DNA of 64,000 bases from the NCBI GenBank assembly GCA_949358305.1, contig OX442314.1, positions 4,154,001 through 4,218,000 of the forward strand, in the 5' to 3' direction. Every line of letters begins with the position of its first letter. Position 1 is the first letter of the stretch. A program made the translations under genes and the position numbers. Positions 36,156-46,318 of this stretch are shown here, piece after piece. The stretch comes from Strigamia acuminata. Its lineage: Eukaryota. The notes under the pieces are model-generated. The model saw nothing but the letters and a program-made list of their open reading frames with translations. It did no database searches and was not told the DNA's origin.

Positions 36156-38090
36156 TCAGGGGCCTGGCGCCTCCTCCGATGGTTGCTCTACGCGCGGAGT
36201 ATCTTGCGATACCTCGTCGCTGATGACAATTATCTCCTGTGACTCGAAAAGGGGCGGAGAGATACTCTCTGCCTCCCTAACTGCCATGCGTGGTTCGGGG
36301 AGTGGAGCCAGCCTGGCTCCTTCCTCCGTTACCGCAGGTGATGTTGACGCCGAAGAAGAAGTACGGGACTTCCCGGCCTTTCTTCCCTTCCTCCGCCGGG
36401 AACGGCGTGGTCTGCCTGGCGTCCTCGGGATGTCACCTGGAACGTCGCTGTCTTCGCACGGGGAGGAGAGGAGCATGGCGGCGTCCGCCCTTGCTTCCGC
36501 TTCCTCTTCTGATTGAGACTCCGGGGTCATCTGACCTTGTGGGGTACCGACCTCCGGTGAGAGGGTCTCCATGAACTCCTCAATCGTAGCAGGGGGTTTC
36601 CTTGAAGGTTGCTCGCCCCAGAGCGGCTCGAGCAGTGCTTCCATGTCCTCTGCCTCGTTCGCCAGCTCGGCGGGAGTGACGTCGACTTTGGCCATAGGTC
36701 GGATCGGCCACATCTGCACACTCATGGGCGGAGGGAGAAGCATGTACCACTTCTGCACGGACTCGCCCAAGCAGGCCTTCAATGCCCGCACGATCTCATC
36801 CCATCGGCGTAGCCGTGATGTTTCGGCCGCGGTCGCCGGAATTTGGAGCGACATGTACATCTTTAGCCGGATTACGGCCAAAGCGGCTGTCGTTCGGGCC
36901 TCGTTCCTGAACGCATCCACAAATGCAACATGGAGGCTCCTCCACCGGTTGAGTTCGGCTAACCAGAGGTTCATCACCTCAGGGGATGCCGCGGCCAAGC
37001 GTGGCACTCCGCTGATGATGCCCTCTCTAGTGATGTACGGGGTACCCTGCGGTTCCCAGCGTATACCTGGTAGCGGGTTGCAGAGATCCGGTTCGAGGAT
37101 CGCCACAGTACCCTGATCCAAGGGGGTCGCGGTCGTCGCCGACTCGCCACCCTCCCGCGTCGTTCCGCTCGTTGTTGGTTCCAGTACGGTGGACCGCTGC
37201 TGTTCGCGGGCACCAAGGGACAAACCCTCTAGACCGCTCACATGCAGTTGTCTCGCCACTGGCTCGGGTGTCGGCACCACCGGCGGCACAATACTCGCAT
37301 TTGCCTGCTGGGTGTCCGATGTTTCCATGGGAGGTGGCGTCATCGGGCCTCGTCTCGGCCTCGGCTCCATCTCCACGGCTTGCGAGTCGGTGGGCGGTGG
37401 TTCGGGGTGGTCGGAAACCGTCTCCGTCTCCATAGGTACATCTTGGGCGATGGTTCCTCCCGAGCTCTGCGAACCCTCATCCCACGCGGTGTCGTCCTGC
37501 ATCAAGCGCACCTCGGCCTCGGCCTCTGCCAGTGCCTGTCTCTGCGCTGCTGCGGCGCGCGCCTTCCTCGCATTCTCCTTAATCCGTTTGCGTGTGTGTT
37601 TGGACTGGTATCGTTCCTGGTCCGGCGTCGCGTTGGGGACTTGCTTTCGCCAGTCCTCCATGGCAACACGCAGCTTCTCGGCCTCTACCTCTCCCCACTT
37701 GCTGCCTGGTTGGTTGACGTGCTGGCGCTTCGGGGTGGGCTGCGCTAGTCCTGCCGCTGCCGCGCCACGCGTCCTGGGCCTAGACCTCGTCGGCTGGGCG
37801 GCTCGAGAAGGTCCTGGGAGCGGGTTGTCGAAGTCCACCACGGGCGTGTAGTCGTCTGGGGGAGCGTCACGGGAGAAACCGGCGTTAGCCAGTGTATCCA
37901 GACGCGTCTCCCAGTTCGGGGTGCTCGCCCACGATATCACCGACCGGCGAGAACGATCACCACCCGGGACAGACTGGTGCAGTTGGAACCAGCGCTGGAG
38001 CGGAAATGCGGAGTGCACGAGACCGAAACCCAAACAGTTCTGGCACGGCGCCTCACACGTATTCGGCTGGACTATCCAGCACTGACCCAT
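36156..38090 (-). CDS. Third ORF of family C, at least 644 aa, unknown function, Cys-rich N-terminus
   Basis: Long sense ORF between pol and 3' LTR; frame extends 20 codons upstream to a splice-acceptor-like TAG at 38151-38153. Confidence 0.75.
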   Translation of the reverse strand: MGQCWIVQPNTCEAPCQNCLGFGLVHSAFPLQRWFQLHQSVPGGDRSRRSVISWASTPNWETRLDTLANAGFSRDAPPDDYTPVVDFDNPLPGPSRAAQPTRSRPRTRGAAAAGLAQPTPKRQHVNQPGSKWGEVEAEKLRVAMEDWRKQVPNATPDQERYQSKHTRKRIKENARKARAAAAQRQALAEAEAEVRLMQDDTAWDEGSQSSGGTIAQDVPMETETVSDHPEPPPTDSQAVEMEPRPRRGPMTPPPMETSDTQQANASIVPPVVPTPEPVARQLHVSGLEGLSLGAREQQRSTVLEPTTSGTTREGGESATTATPLDQGTVAILEPDLCNPLPGIRWEPQGTPYITREGIISGVPRLAAASPEVMNLWLAELNRWRSLHVAFVDAFRNEARTTAALAVIRLKMYMSLQIPATAAETSRLRRWDEIVRALKACLGESVQKWYMLLPPPMSVQMWPIRPMAKVDVTPAELANEAEDMEALLEPLWGEQPSRKPPATIEEFMETLSPEVGTPQGQMTPESQSEEEAEARADAAMLLSSPCEDSDVPGDIPRTPGRPRRSRRRKGRKAGKSRTSSSASTSPAVTEEGARLAPLPEPRMAVREAESISPPLFESQEIIVISDEVSQDTPRVEQPSEEAPGP

Positions 38091-38816
38091 GCAAATGGGG
38101 CAAATGCACCACCACTCCCACTTGCGACCCTCGCGATCTCCCGAATGTCTCTATAACAAAATTAATAAAGTAAAATTAACACCAATAATTAAAGTAGAAG
38201 AAAAATCACTCAAGGAGCAGCTGGCAACAGTGGAGTTGAGATAAGTGACGCGAGAGCGCGGTAAAACCTGCTTCTCAGCGTCCGGTCAGCGCGCATGCGT
38301 GAGAACACATTGCGTCACTGGTTCACAATATCGGCGGAGTCTTCGAGCGAGCGGAAGTTTGCTTCGAAGTTACGCCTGATAACGCCCCATCGAAAAACTA
38401 CGACTGGTGAAGCAGTCGCACGTTTTCGATGTGAGATGCAGCGGCAGTGCGATGAGTGTTTAAACTGCTCGCCGCCGTTTCTTCCTGACCACTAGGGAGG
38501 ATCATAGGACCACAGCCGTTACGGAGATCGCAACTGTCATGGCGGAACGTTCTGAGCCAACGTGCCGCAATGAGCCGATCATCCGTGCCGTCTTGGTTCC
38601 CAGAATCCCAAAGTGAGATTGAAGATAATAATGAAAGCCAATTCAACACCAGCAACAGGCGATCGGTGGATGGTTGAAACCATTCCGGCCGTGCGCCGCC
38701 GCTGGCTGAAAAACAACTCGAAAAACGGAGGAAAGGGAAAATTTAGAAAGTAAAAAACTAAACTAGACAAATTAAGACCTGATCCTCAGAAGAAATGTTC
38801 GAAATTTTTTAAGACT

Positions 38817-40718
38817 TGTGACGGTTTACAATGGCTATAAATGCCTATTTTCTTAGAAAGAAGCGCTGTTGCGCCATTATCATGATATCTCGAAGATATT
38901 CTGTGTAAAACTGATAAATGTCTGGAATAAAGTTATTTATGATGTTTCAAATACAAAGATGTTCGTTTATTAAGAATAAACACTCATTCCTACTTGATAT
39001 CAAAGGATTCCGGCCGAATCACGAAGAGTCGTCTGCTAAAACCGCATTTGTCAATGCGCAATGTTGCCACAAGATGGCGCGATTACGATTTAGCGGCAAA
39101 TTCAAGATATGAATATAAAACATGTAAATAAATATAAAACTATATTTACTAGAATGAAACGAAGCTTTGTGAACATTAATATAAAGATATATTAATGTCT
39201 TGTGATGTTAAATACAATGTAACTTCCATTTTCTGCGGGACAGGACATTTGGTGATCAATCGATCAACCAATAGATCTGATTGGTGGATCCATTTCCGGT
39301 CCTGGGTATCCAGTTCCGGTTGTGGTGAGAATTAGCACATTGTTCCTCCGTATCCACTTCCGGTGATACGGGATTGGAGGGATTCGTGGAACCCATGTTC
39401 CAATTGGATAACTGGATTAATCCTTAATCCAGTCAGGTTATATAAACCCAAACAACCGGCCATTCTGCAGCTCTGTTTGATTATTTTCTGTTTGGTATTG
39501 TTACTTAAGAAATATGATTCGTTGTTCACGTAAAAAACCTTTTGGTTCTTTGTTGATTTATTCGCAAAGAACCGTTGCATGATTCTACAGAATCATGCCA
39601 CCGCCGGCAATTGAAGTCGAAGTGCTGGGATTATTATGTTGCATAAATGTTACAGTCTACGGTTGCGACGCCGAAGGAGAACCCGCCGTTGTGCAATTCA
39701 GTATCCTCCGGACAGGACCAAGTTGTCTTTTTCGGTATGAACGTATTCCGTTACCACGAGTAGCATCGGTATTGTTGAGAATCGGTTCCTTCACCTGATG
39801 GTGCCAAAGCAGTCTGTTTTACAGTAACCACGAGTAGCACCAAGTGTTTGGCAAGCTGATTCTCATGGTATTCGATGCCAAAGCAGTCGGTCTATTATTA
39901 GTACCGCGAGAGATAAAACTGCTGTGCGGAGCCGCGAGCTATCGACCCCTGTGTACGTGGTACCGTCAACCACTCGATGGACGACCGTGCTGCGACGCCG
40001 GGGACGCTTGATACCGTTCTGCATGGCAAGGCGTATATTCTAATCGATGGCAATTGTGTGTTGCGACGGGAAGCTTAATCTTCATTTTATTTATAACAGC
40101 AAAACTTAAACTCGACAACCAGTTGGACCAAAATCAAGTCAGAAGACTTAATCTCATATTGAACTCAATATAACCGATAAGTTGACGACAACTTATTCCC
40201 GAAATATCTAAATAAGAATTCACAACGATATGAATTAAATATAATTCATAAGTGGAATATTGATAAGTAAATGAATACATTTACTTACACCAATATCCTC
40301 CCAAAGTTGTGGCGGTGCAGACAAAGTCAACCGCAATGCTCAGATCATTCGATTTATCGACGTGCGATAGTTTACACAGCGAACCAAGGAAACCAGCGAA
40401 GCCGTATCGGACTCCAGGACACAGCCATCCGGCTTAAGATGACATCTATAATCAGGTCGAGCGATGGGGAAACCGCTCCCATATTCCAGACCCGTAGTGA
40501 TATTATTCTAGGGCCAGTTGGCCAATTCTTTGTATAGTTTAATAGCTGATTTAACTTGCCAAATGTCGGCATTAGTCCTATGTATAATTTAGCCTTGATA
40601 TTATTGTTTACCAACAATAAACTGTCTTGTATTTATCTCGTATTGTATTCACTGTTTATTTATTGCGATCTCTTCCCGGTACCATTGTTAAATGGGAGTT
40701 GTGGTCGTCACCGTCACA
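38817..40718 (+). repeat. 5' LTR of B2
   Basis: TGTGACGG...CCGTCACA; TATA about 39439-39446, AATAAA 40616-40621. Confidence 0.95.
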
Positions 40719-40720
40719 CG

Positions 40721-40974
40721 TGGAGGTCCCACCGAGATTAGGTTGCAATTAAATTCGATTGAATTGCAACAGTGAATATTGGAGATAAATATTTAACTAA
40801 AAGATTTAAGTTAAAAATAGACAGATTAAATTTTCAGTTTATATTTCCATGTGAAGAAGTTAAACTGATGAAATAGAAATACGTAGTAGATTTTCCTTCA
40901 TTATTTTCGTTTGAAGATTTTAGGGATTTCAAAGACTACCACCTAATCTCACACGTGGAGGTCCCACCGAGATT
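40721..40974 (+). promoter_or_regulatory. Two tandem tRNA-Gln PBS copies of B2 (40721-40739, 40956-40974)
   Basis: TGGAGGTCCCACCGAGATT, complement of the tRNA-Gln 3' end, present twice. Confidence 0.88.
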
Positions 40975-43900
40975 AGGTTGCAATTAAATTCGATAGAATT
41001 GTAAAAGTGAATTTTGAGATAAATATTTAACTAAAAGATTTAGTTAAAAAACAGACAAGTTTCAAACCATGTTTATTTTCTTGAGAAACACCAAAACAGT
41101 CCTTTAACTAGGAATTTCGGAAGTTATAGACCTATCACACGATCACTGAAATAGGTTGCAAATTAATTCGATCGAATTGCAAAAGCGAATCTTGAATCCG
41201 ATATTAACTAAAAAATTTTAGTTAAAACAGACAAATAGATTTTCAGTTTATATTTTCATGTGAAAAGTTAAACTGACGAAATGGAAACGTTTAGTGAACT
41301 CTCTTTACTATTTTCGTTCGACAATTTAAGGAATACGAAGTATTTTAAATAAGAAATCAAAAAAGTTTCGAGTGAAATAAGAATACAGATATTTTTTTTC
41401 GAAGTTTGTTTTATTTCGAAAAGCTAAAAACATACAAGTTTAGAAGGCGGACTTCTTACGAATTTATCTTTCCACCTGAAAAGTTAAAACGAAGAAAACA
41501 CCGCAACTATTTGGAAATATTTACAAGAAATTAAGTTTCTTGTAACTGTACGTCGACACCGATAGCCAGCGACCACGCGCCATAGCAATACGCGTCGATC
41601 TCCGTATCAAACGCAGCAGGGAAGCTACTCAAACCTTCAACGCAAGGTGCGAACGAATGCTTGGAAATTATGGCGGACAACAGATAAAAGACAGCGGAGA
41701 AATGTTACAGAAGGTTCGTAGAGATTTATTTAAGTGTCGCGAACTAATTTTTCCACTGCCATCGGTACCAAAGATAATTTAGTTGTTGGAGAAAAACAAC
41801 ACACTCCATTTCGCAGAAAAGATTTGCAAATCGAAATGAATATTACCTTTATTTGAAGGAATTAACTATTTTCACAAAAAGTACATTTTTTCCTTCGGGA
41901 CAATGGAAATTAAGAAAATATAAAATGGCGGCGAATGAAGTTGCCGACCACATAGAATAGTATTTTTTACATTGAAAGTTACGAATCACGATAAACGCTT
42001 TCCCTCGGAAAAGTAAAAGGATTTCATTCAATCTTTCCTTTCGGAAATTTAACAGTGTTTTAAGTTTCCAACGATATTTGGGTCTCCCAAATTTTGAGAA
42101 TTTCTAAATGAAATTTAGCTGTTTGAAAAACAACGAATATTTTTAGTAATCTAATCGGACATTTTCCCACATGATTTCTTAAAACCGGAATAACAAATCC
42201 ATTTGTGGCTATGAACTTTGCCACATGAAATATTTACGGAGCGAATATTTTTTGATTGGATTGAAGCTTTAAAATCAGATAGCTGATTTAAACGAAGAAA
42301 ATAAGTTTCAAAGTAATTATTTTTCTTTCGGAAAAATCAAATAAATCACCGCTGATGAAAAGTTGTATTTTTCCATTCGAAAAAACTAAGAATTGCACAA
42401 GATTTATCTTCTATTTTGAACATAGATTTTATTCGGAAAAGGAAAGATTCTAGATACATTATTTTTCTCTAAAAATTAAGAATTTAGTCAATTTTCCTAA
42501 AGGTTAATGGAATGTCATCATATATTTCGTTCGTAATTTACGTGTTAAAGTTTAATCAGAAAAACGATTGAATATGTTTTATTTGCGATAAGTAAAAGAA
42601 AGGTTCTTTAAAAATGGAATTTCGATGCAAATCCCACAGTAAAGGGAATGTTATGTGTGAGCAATTAACGAAAAGTTGGAATAACTTCATTTTATTTCAT
42701 TCAAAAGTAGTTGTGAAAAATCAATTTCAAATATTTTTCAAAGAAAAATTATTTTTATCGGAAAAAAGTAATTTACATGTCCTCGCGCGGACCGAGTAGT
42801 AAACTGCTTAATTGTGACATCGATACTGTTATTGTGTCACGTGTTATACGGAATTCCAAACCAGTGAATTACGAATTTTGGCGCGATAGGAATAGAAGTT
42901 TGACAGTGAAAGTTCTCCAGATTTGTCTTTTCATTTGAAAAGTTCAAATTGAGGAAATGCTGCAGCAGATGAAGGTATTTACGACAATTGAGATTTAAAT
43001 ATTCTTTCATTCAAAAGATAAAAGATCTCTGCAAAAACATCTCGTTATTAGAGATAAGGGGGACGAAAATTATTAAAACGAATAATCAAAGACACGTCCT
43101 TCGTAAATATCGCAAAGGAATAACTAATTGTGAAAACAATTGTCCGCTCAGGAAAAGTGGAATTTAGCTAGATATTTTCTTTCGAAAAATCAAAGCAATT
43201 GTCATCAAAAAAGAAAGATTTGATGAATAATTTTTACCCAAAAGTCTAAAGGATTGTCGAATAGTTTTCTCCCGAAAAACAAGTACACATTTGTACCAAT
43301 AACTTTATCGTTTAAAGTAAAATTTCGAATATTTTCTTTTGGAAGATTAGAGAATTAGATAATTTTTCTCGCAAAACAAATTTAAAGAATTTTAACGAAT
43401 TTTTATTTGTTAAAAAAATTTGTTAAAAAAGGGGGAGATGGATGGTGAAAATTTATTTTTTCACACTCGAAAAATGGAATTTAAACCCGAAAAAGTAAAG
43501 ACTTGGTCAAATTATTCTTCCTATTGGAAATGAATACACAATGTTGGGAATCGAAAATAGATTTCAATTACAAAGGAATGATTATTTGAACGATAATTGA
43601 ATAAGAATAAGAAAAATTGAGAGTTTGAGAAAACTTTATTAAAACTGTGGTTGTAATGATATTACACACTAAACGGAATAATCAAAGAAAAATATTTTTT
43701 GAAGAAAAGTTATTTAATTATTTGGATTGGTAAAAATCCCAAAGTTCAAGAAGATTGAAGTAAGTTTATTTTATTTTCATTTGAAAAATACAATATTTTA
43801 CGAATGTCTTCCCGAAGGAATTTTATTTTATCGGTAAAATTGAATCTCGAAGGGAACGGACTTAGTAGAGAACTACTAAATAGATGTAACGTCCTTTATA

Positions 43901-44230
43901 CCATTGGCCGACACTAACATCCGCCAATCAGAAGTTGGGAGATCTAGGGATCCCCAGCCCCCTGCTATTAAAGGAGGACCAGATCAGATACTGATCATTC
44001 GCATCCAGACCAGACCAGAAGACGTGTTCCAGAGTCATCTTGACCACGCCGTCCCGATTTCAGTCACGATTCGAATTTTGTGTGCCGTGTAACCTGCAAA
44101 AGCTAACACGTGTCAAACAAACGCGAAGTTTAATTTTATTTTGTCAAAAGTAAAGTTTAGAAGTGTTTCTTGTTGAAAAGTGTATTATATTCGTCTTCTT
44201 TATAAATTAAAGAATTAAAATCGTCAGATT

Positions 44231-45724
44231 TTGAATTTTTTTATGGCTCAAAAACCATTGAATATGATCGATCCAAAAGGAAATAATAAGCAGACAAACT
44301 TAAATTTAAGTTCTGTACCACTTGGCGATCAAACAGAAAAGATTCCCGATCATTTTACTCTGTATTGTAATCGTCATGGACTGGATAAAACCAAGTTTAA
44401 AAATATAATCGAAGCTTCAGACTATGTAAAAGCTAGGAACTGGCGAGATCGTACCCAATCTCAATCTTCACATCAAGATCCAGTACGGAATCCACAAACA
44501 TACAGCCGAAACTTAGTGAATCAAGATTCTCATACTATGTTTCAAACATCCAGTAGGGGATCTAAGTTAGAAAAGTTTAAACCACCTAATTCGGTAGATA
44601 AGGGGGAAGAGAATTATAAACCTAATAATTCTCGTCCAGAGAGTTCGTTAACTAACCAGTCGGTTGTTCAGAACAAATTAAAACTCGTTTACAATCGAGA
44701 TCAGCTAATTTCAGTTCGATATGCTAATCCAGCTGAAGCACAACGATATGTGGCTAGCCTTAATCTGTCGATTAACCTACCGCTATCAAAAGAATTGGGA
44801 ACCGTAAACAAAAGTTTTGGGCCACCAATATCAACGCAAAGGAAAGATATTCGGACTCCAAACAAACATTTGCAGTCAAATAACGTACAACAACGTGCCC
44901 GATCGCCGATCACAAACTCATGTTTGCGGACGTATGATTTGTCTACCAAGAAGAGTCCCCAGCCAAGACAATTCTACCTAACGCCCATTTCAAATCGAAA
45001 AAAGGTCAAGCAAACTTTTCCCTTGAAAAAGTATTACCAACACGATAATGAGAATGATTTTAAACCTAAAAAAGAAAGTTTTTTGACTAACCCACGGGAG
45101 ATCCGGTATCAATTCGAACAGTATTGTAAACAATACCAGTTAAATTCAGCTGAATTTAAAAATATAAACGAAGCGCAACAATTCGTATTTCGAAATCAAT
45201 ACCGTAACCAACGACTAAAACCCGTCCCAGTCGTCAATCTGACGGAGATACAACAATTTGCGTCTGGAAAGCAACCCTGCAATATCCAGAATAATTCATC
45301 TCAACGAGAGGAATTAAGAACTTCAAAAAAGCGTTTTCGGTCACCAAGTCCAGCTGGTGATGAAGAAACTTCAAGTACAAACCAACATGTTCAAAAACTG
45401 ACTGAAAACCCAGGTTTCCAATCATCAGTTCCACGACTTAGAGTCAAATATAGATCCCCTCGTTTGTTGCGGGATTTCACAATTCCAAATATGGGTCCTT
45501 TCCACGTATGGTTTTCCAATGAGGGTCCCATTCATGTATGGTTTTCCAGAGATGACCTAAAACAAAAAGTTGGGTCGTCACGGTCATTTACACTGCCAAG
45601 TGAGTACACTGTGTGTAACTGCCCAAAGAAAAAACGTCGAAAGAAATCAGTACAGCAGGCTGAGAGATCTCGGAAATTTGCAAATATGCGAGCTCAATAT
45701 TTAGCAAAGAATCATGTTGATTAA
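44231..45724 (+). CDS. Family B internal ORF, 497 aa from TTG (first ATG at 44243)
   Basis: Intact in both B copies; basic, N/Q/S-rich, with an internal repeat. Confidence 0.7.
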   Translation: MNFFMAQKPLNMIDPKGNNKQTNLNLSSVPLGDQTEKIPDHFTLYCNRHGLDKTKFKNIIEASDYVKARNWRDRTQSQSSHQDPVRNPQTYSRNLVNQDSHTMFQTSSRGSKLEKFKPPNSVDKGEENYKPNNSRPESSLTNQSVVQNKLKLVYNRDQLISVRYANPAEAQRYVASLNLSINLPLSKELGTVNKSFGPPISTQRKDIRTPNKHLQSNNVQQRARSPITNSCLRTYDLSTKKSPQPRQFYLTPISNRKKVKQTFPLKKYYQHDNENDFKPKKESFLTNPREIRYQFEQYCKQYQLNSAEFKNINEAQQFVFRNQYRNQRLKPVPVVNLTEIQQFASGKQPCNIQNNSSQREELRTSKKRFRSPSPAGDEETSSTNQHVQKLTENPGFQSSVPRLRVKYRSPRLLRDFTIPNMGPFHVWFSNEGPIHVWFSRDDLKQKVGSSRSFTLPSEYTVCNCPKKKRRKKSVQQAERSRKFANMRAQYLAKNHVD

Positions 45725-46318
45725 CATGATATGATACACAAAGATTCCCCGATTATAGTGTAAACAGAAAATCCTCTTCTAAAAATCATGACCTCTCTTC
45801 TAAAGAAAAGGGGGACAAAATATAAAAGTTAGAATTAACAAAATTTTGAAAAGTAATGCTACATTATTAAGACAACTAGTTTAATTAAATTAGTCAATTG
45901 TACAAAGAATACCAAGTGACTCCGGTCATGACAATTAAGGGGGACAATTATGATTTCTTAATTGTCAACTCTTATCATCTAAAAGCTATTTATTGTATAT
46001 TTATAGCGATACATCTGACTAGGCATATGAAATAAATATTTTGTGATAACACAAATGATGATTTTATGTATGACGAAAGTTTCTTCAAAAAGAAGACTTG
46101 GAAATAAATTCTGGACTTGAATTTAGGCTATTAGAAAAGATTATTTCGGCAGAAAATCAGAACTTAGATAATTCAAGTTAGTTTATGTAAGCTCAAATTC
46201 GAAATTGGAAGTCACGGTATCTCCAAGATACATCAAGTCCGAAAATAGCATTTATGCTAATTAGGAGAATAACGAAAACTCTATAAAATTTTATATAATT
46301 GTGTTATTAAGGGGGATG

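Noticed and set aside
40721..40739. tRNA gene
   Set aside because: Only a 19-nt complement of a tRNA 3' end (PBS); no cloverleaf
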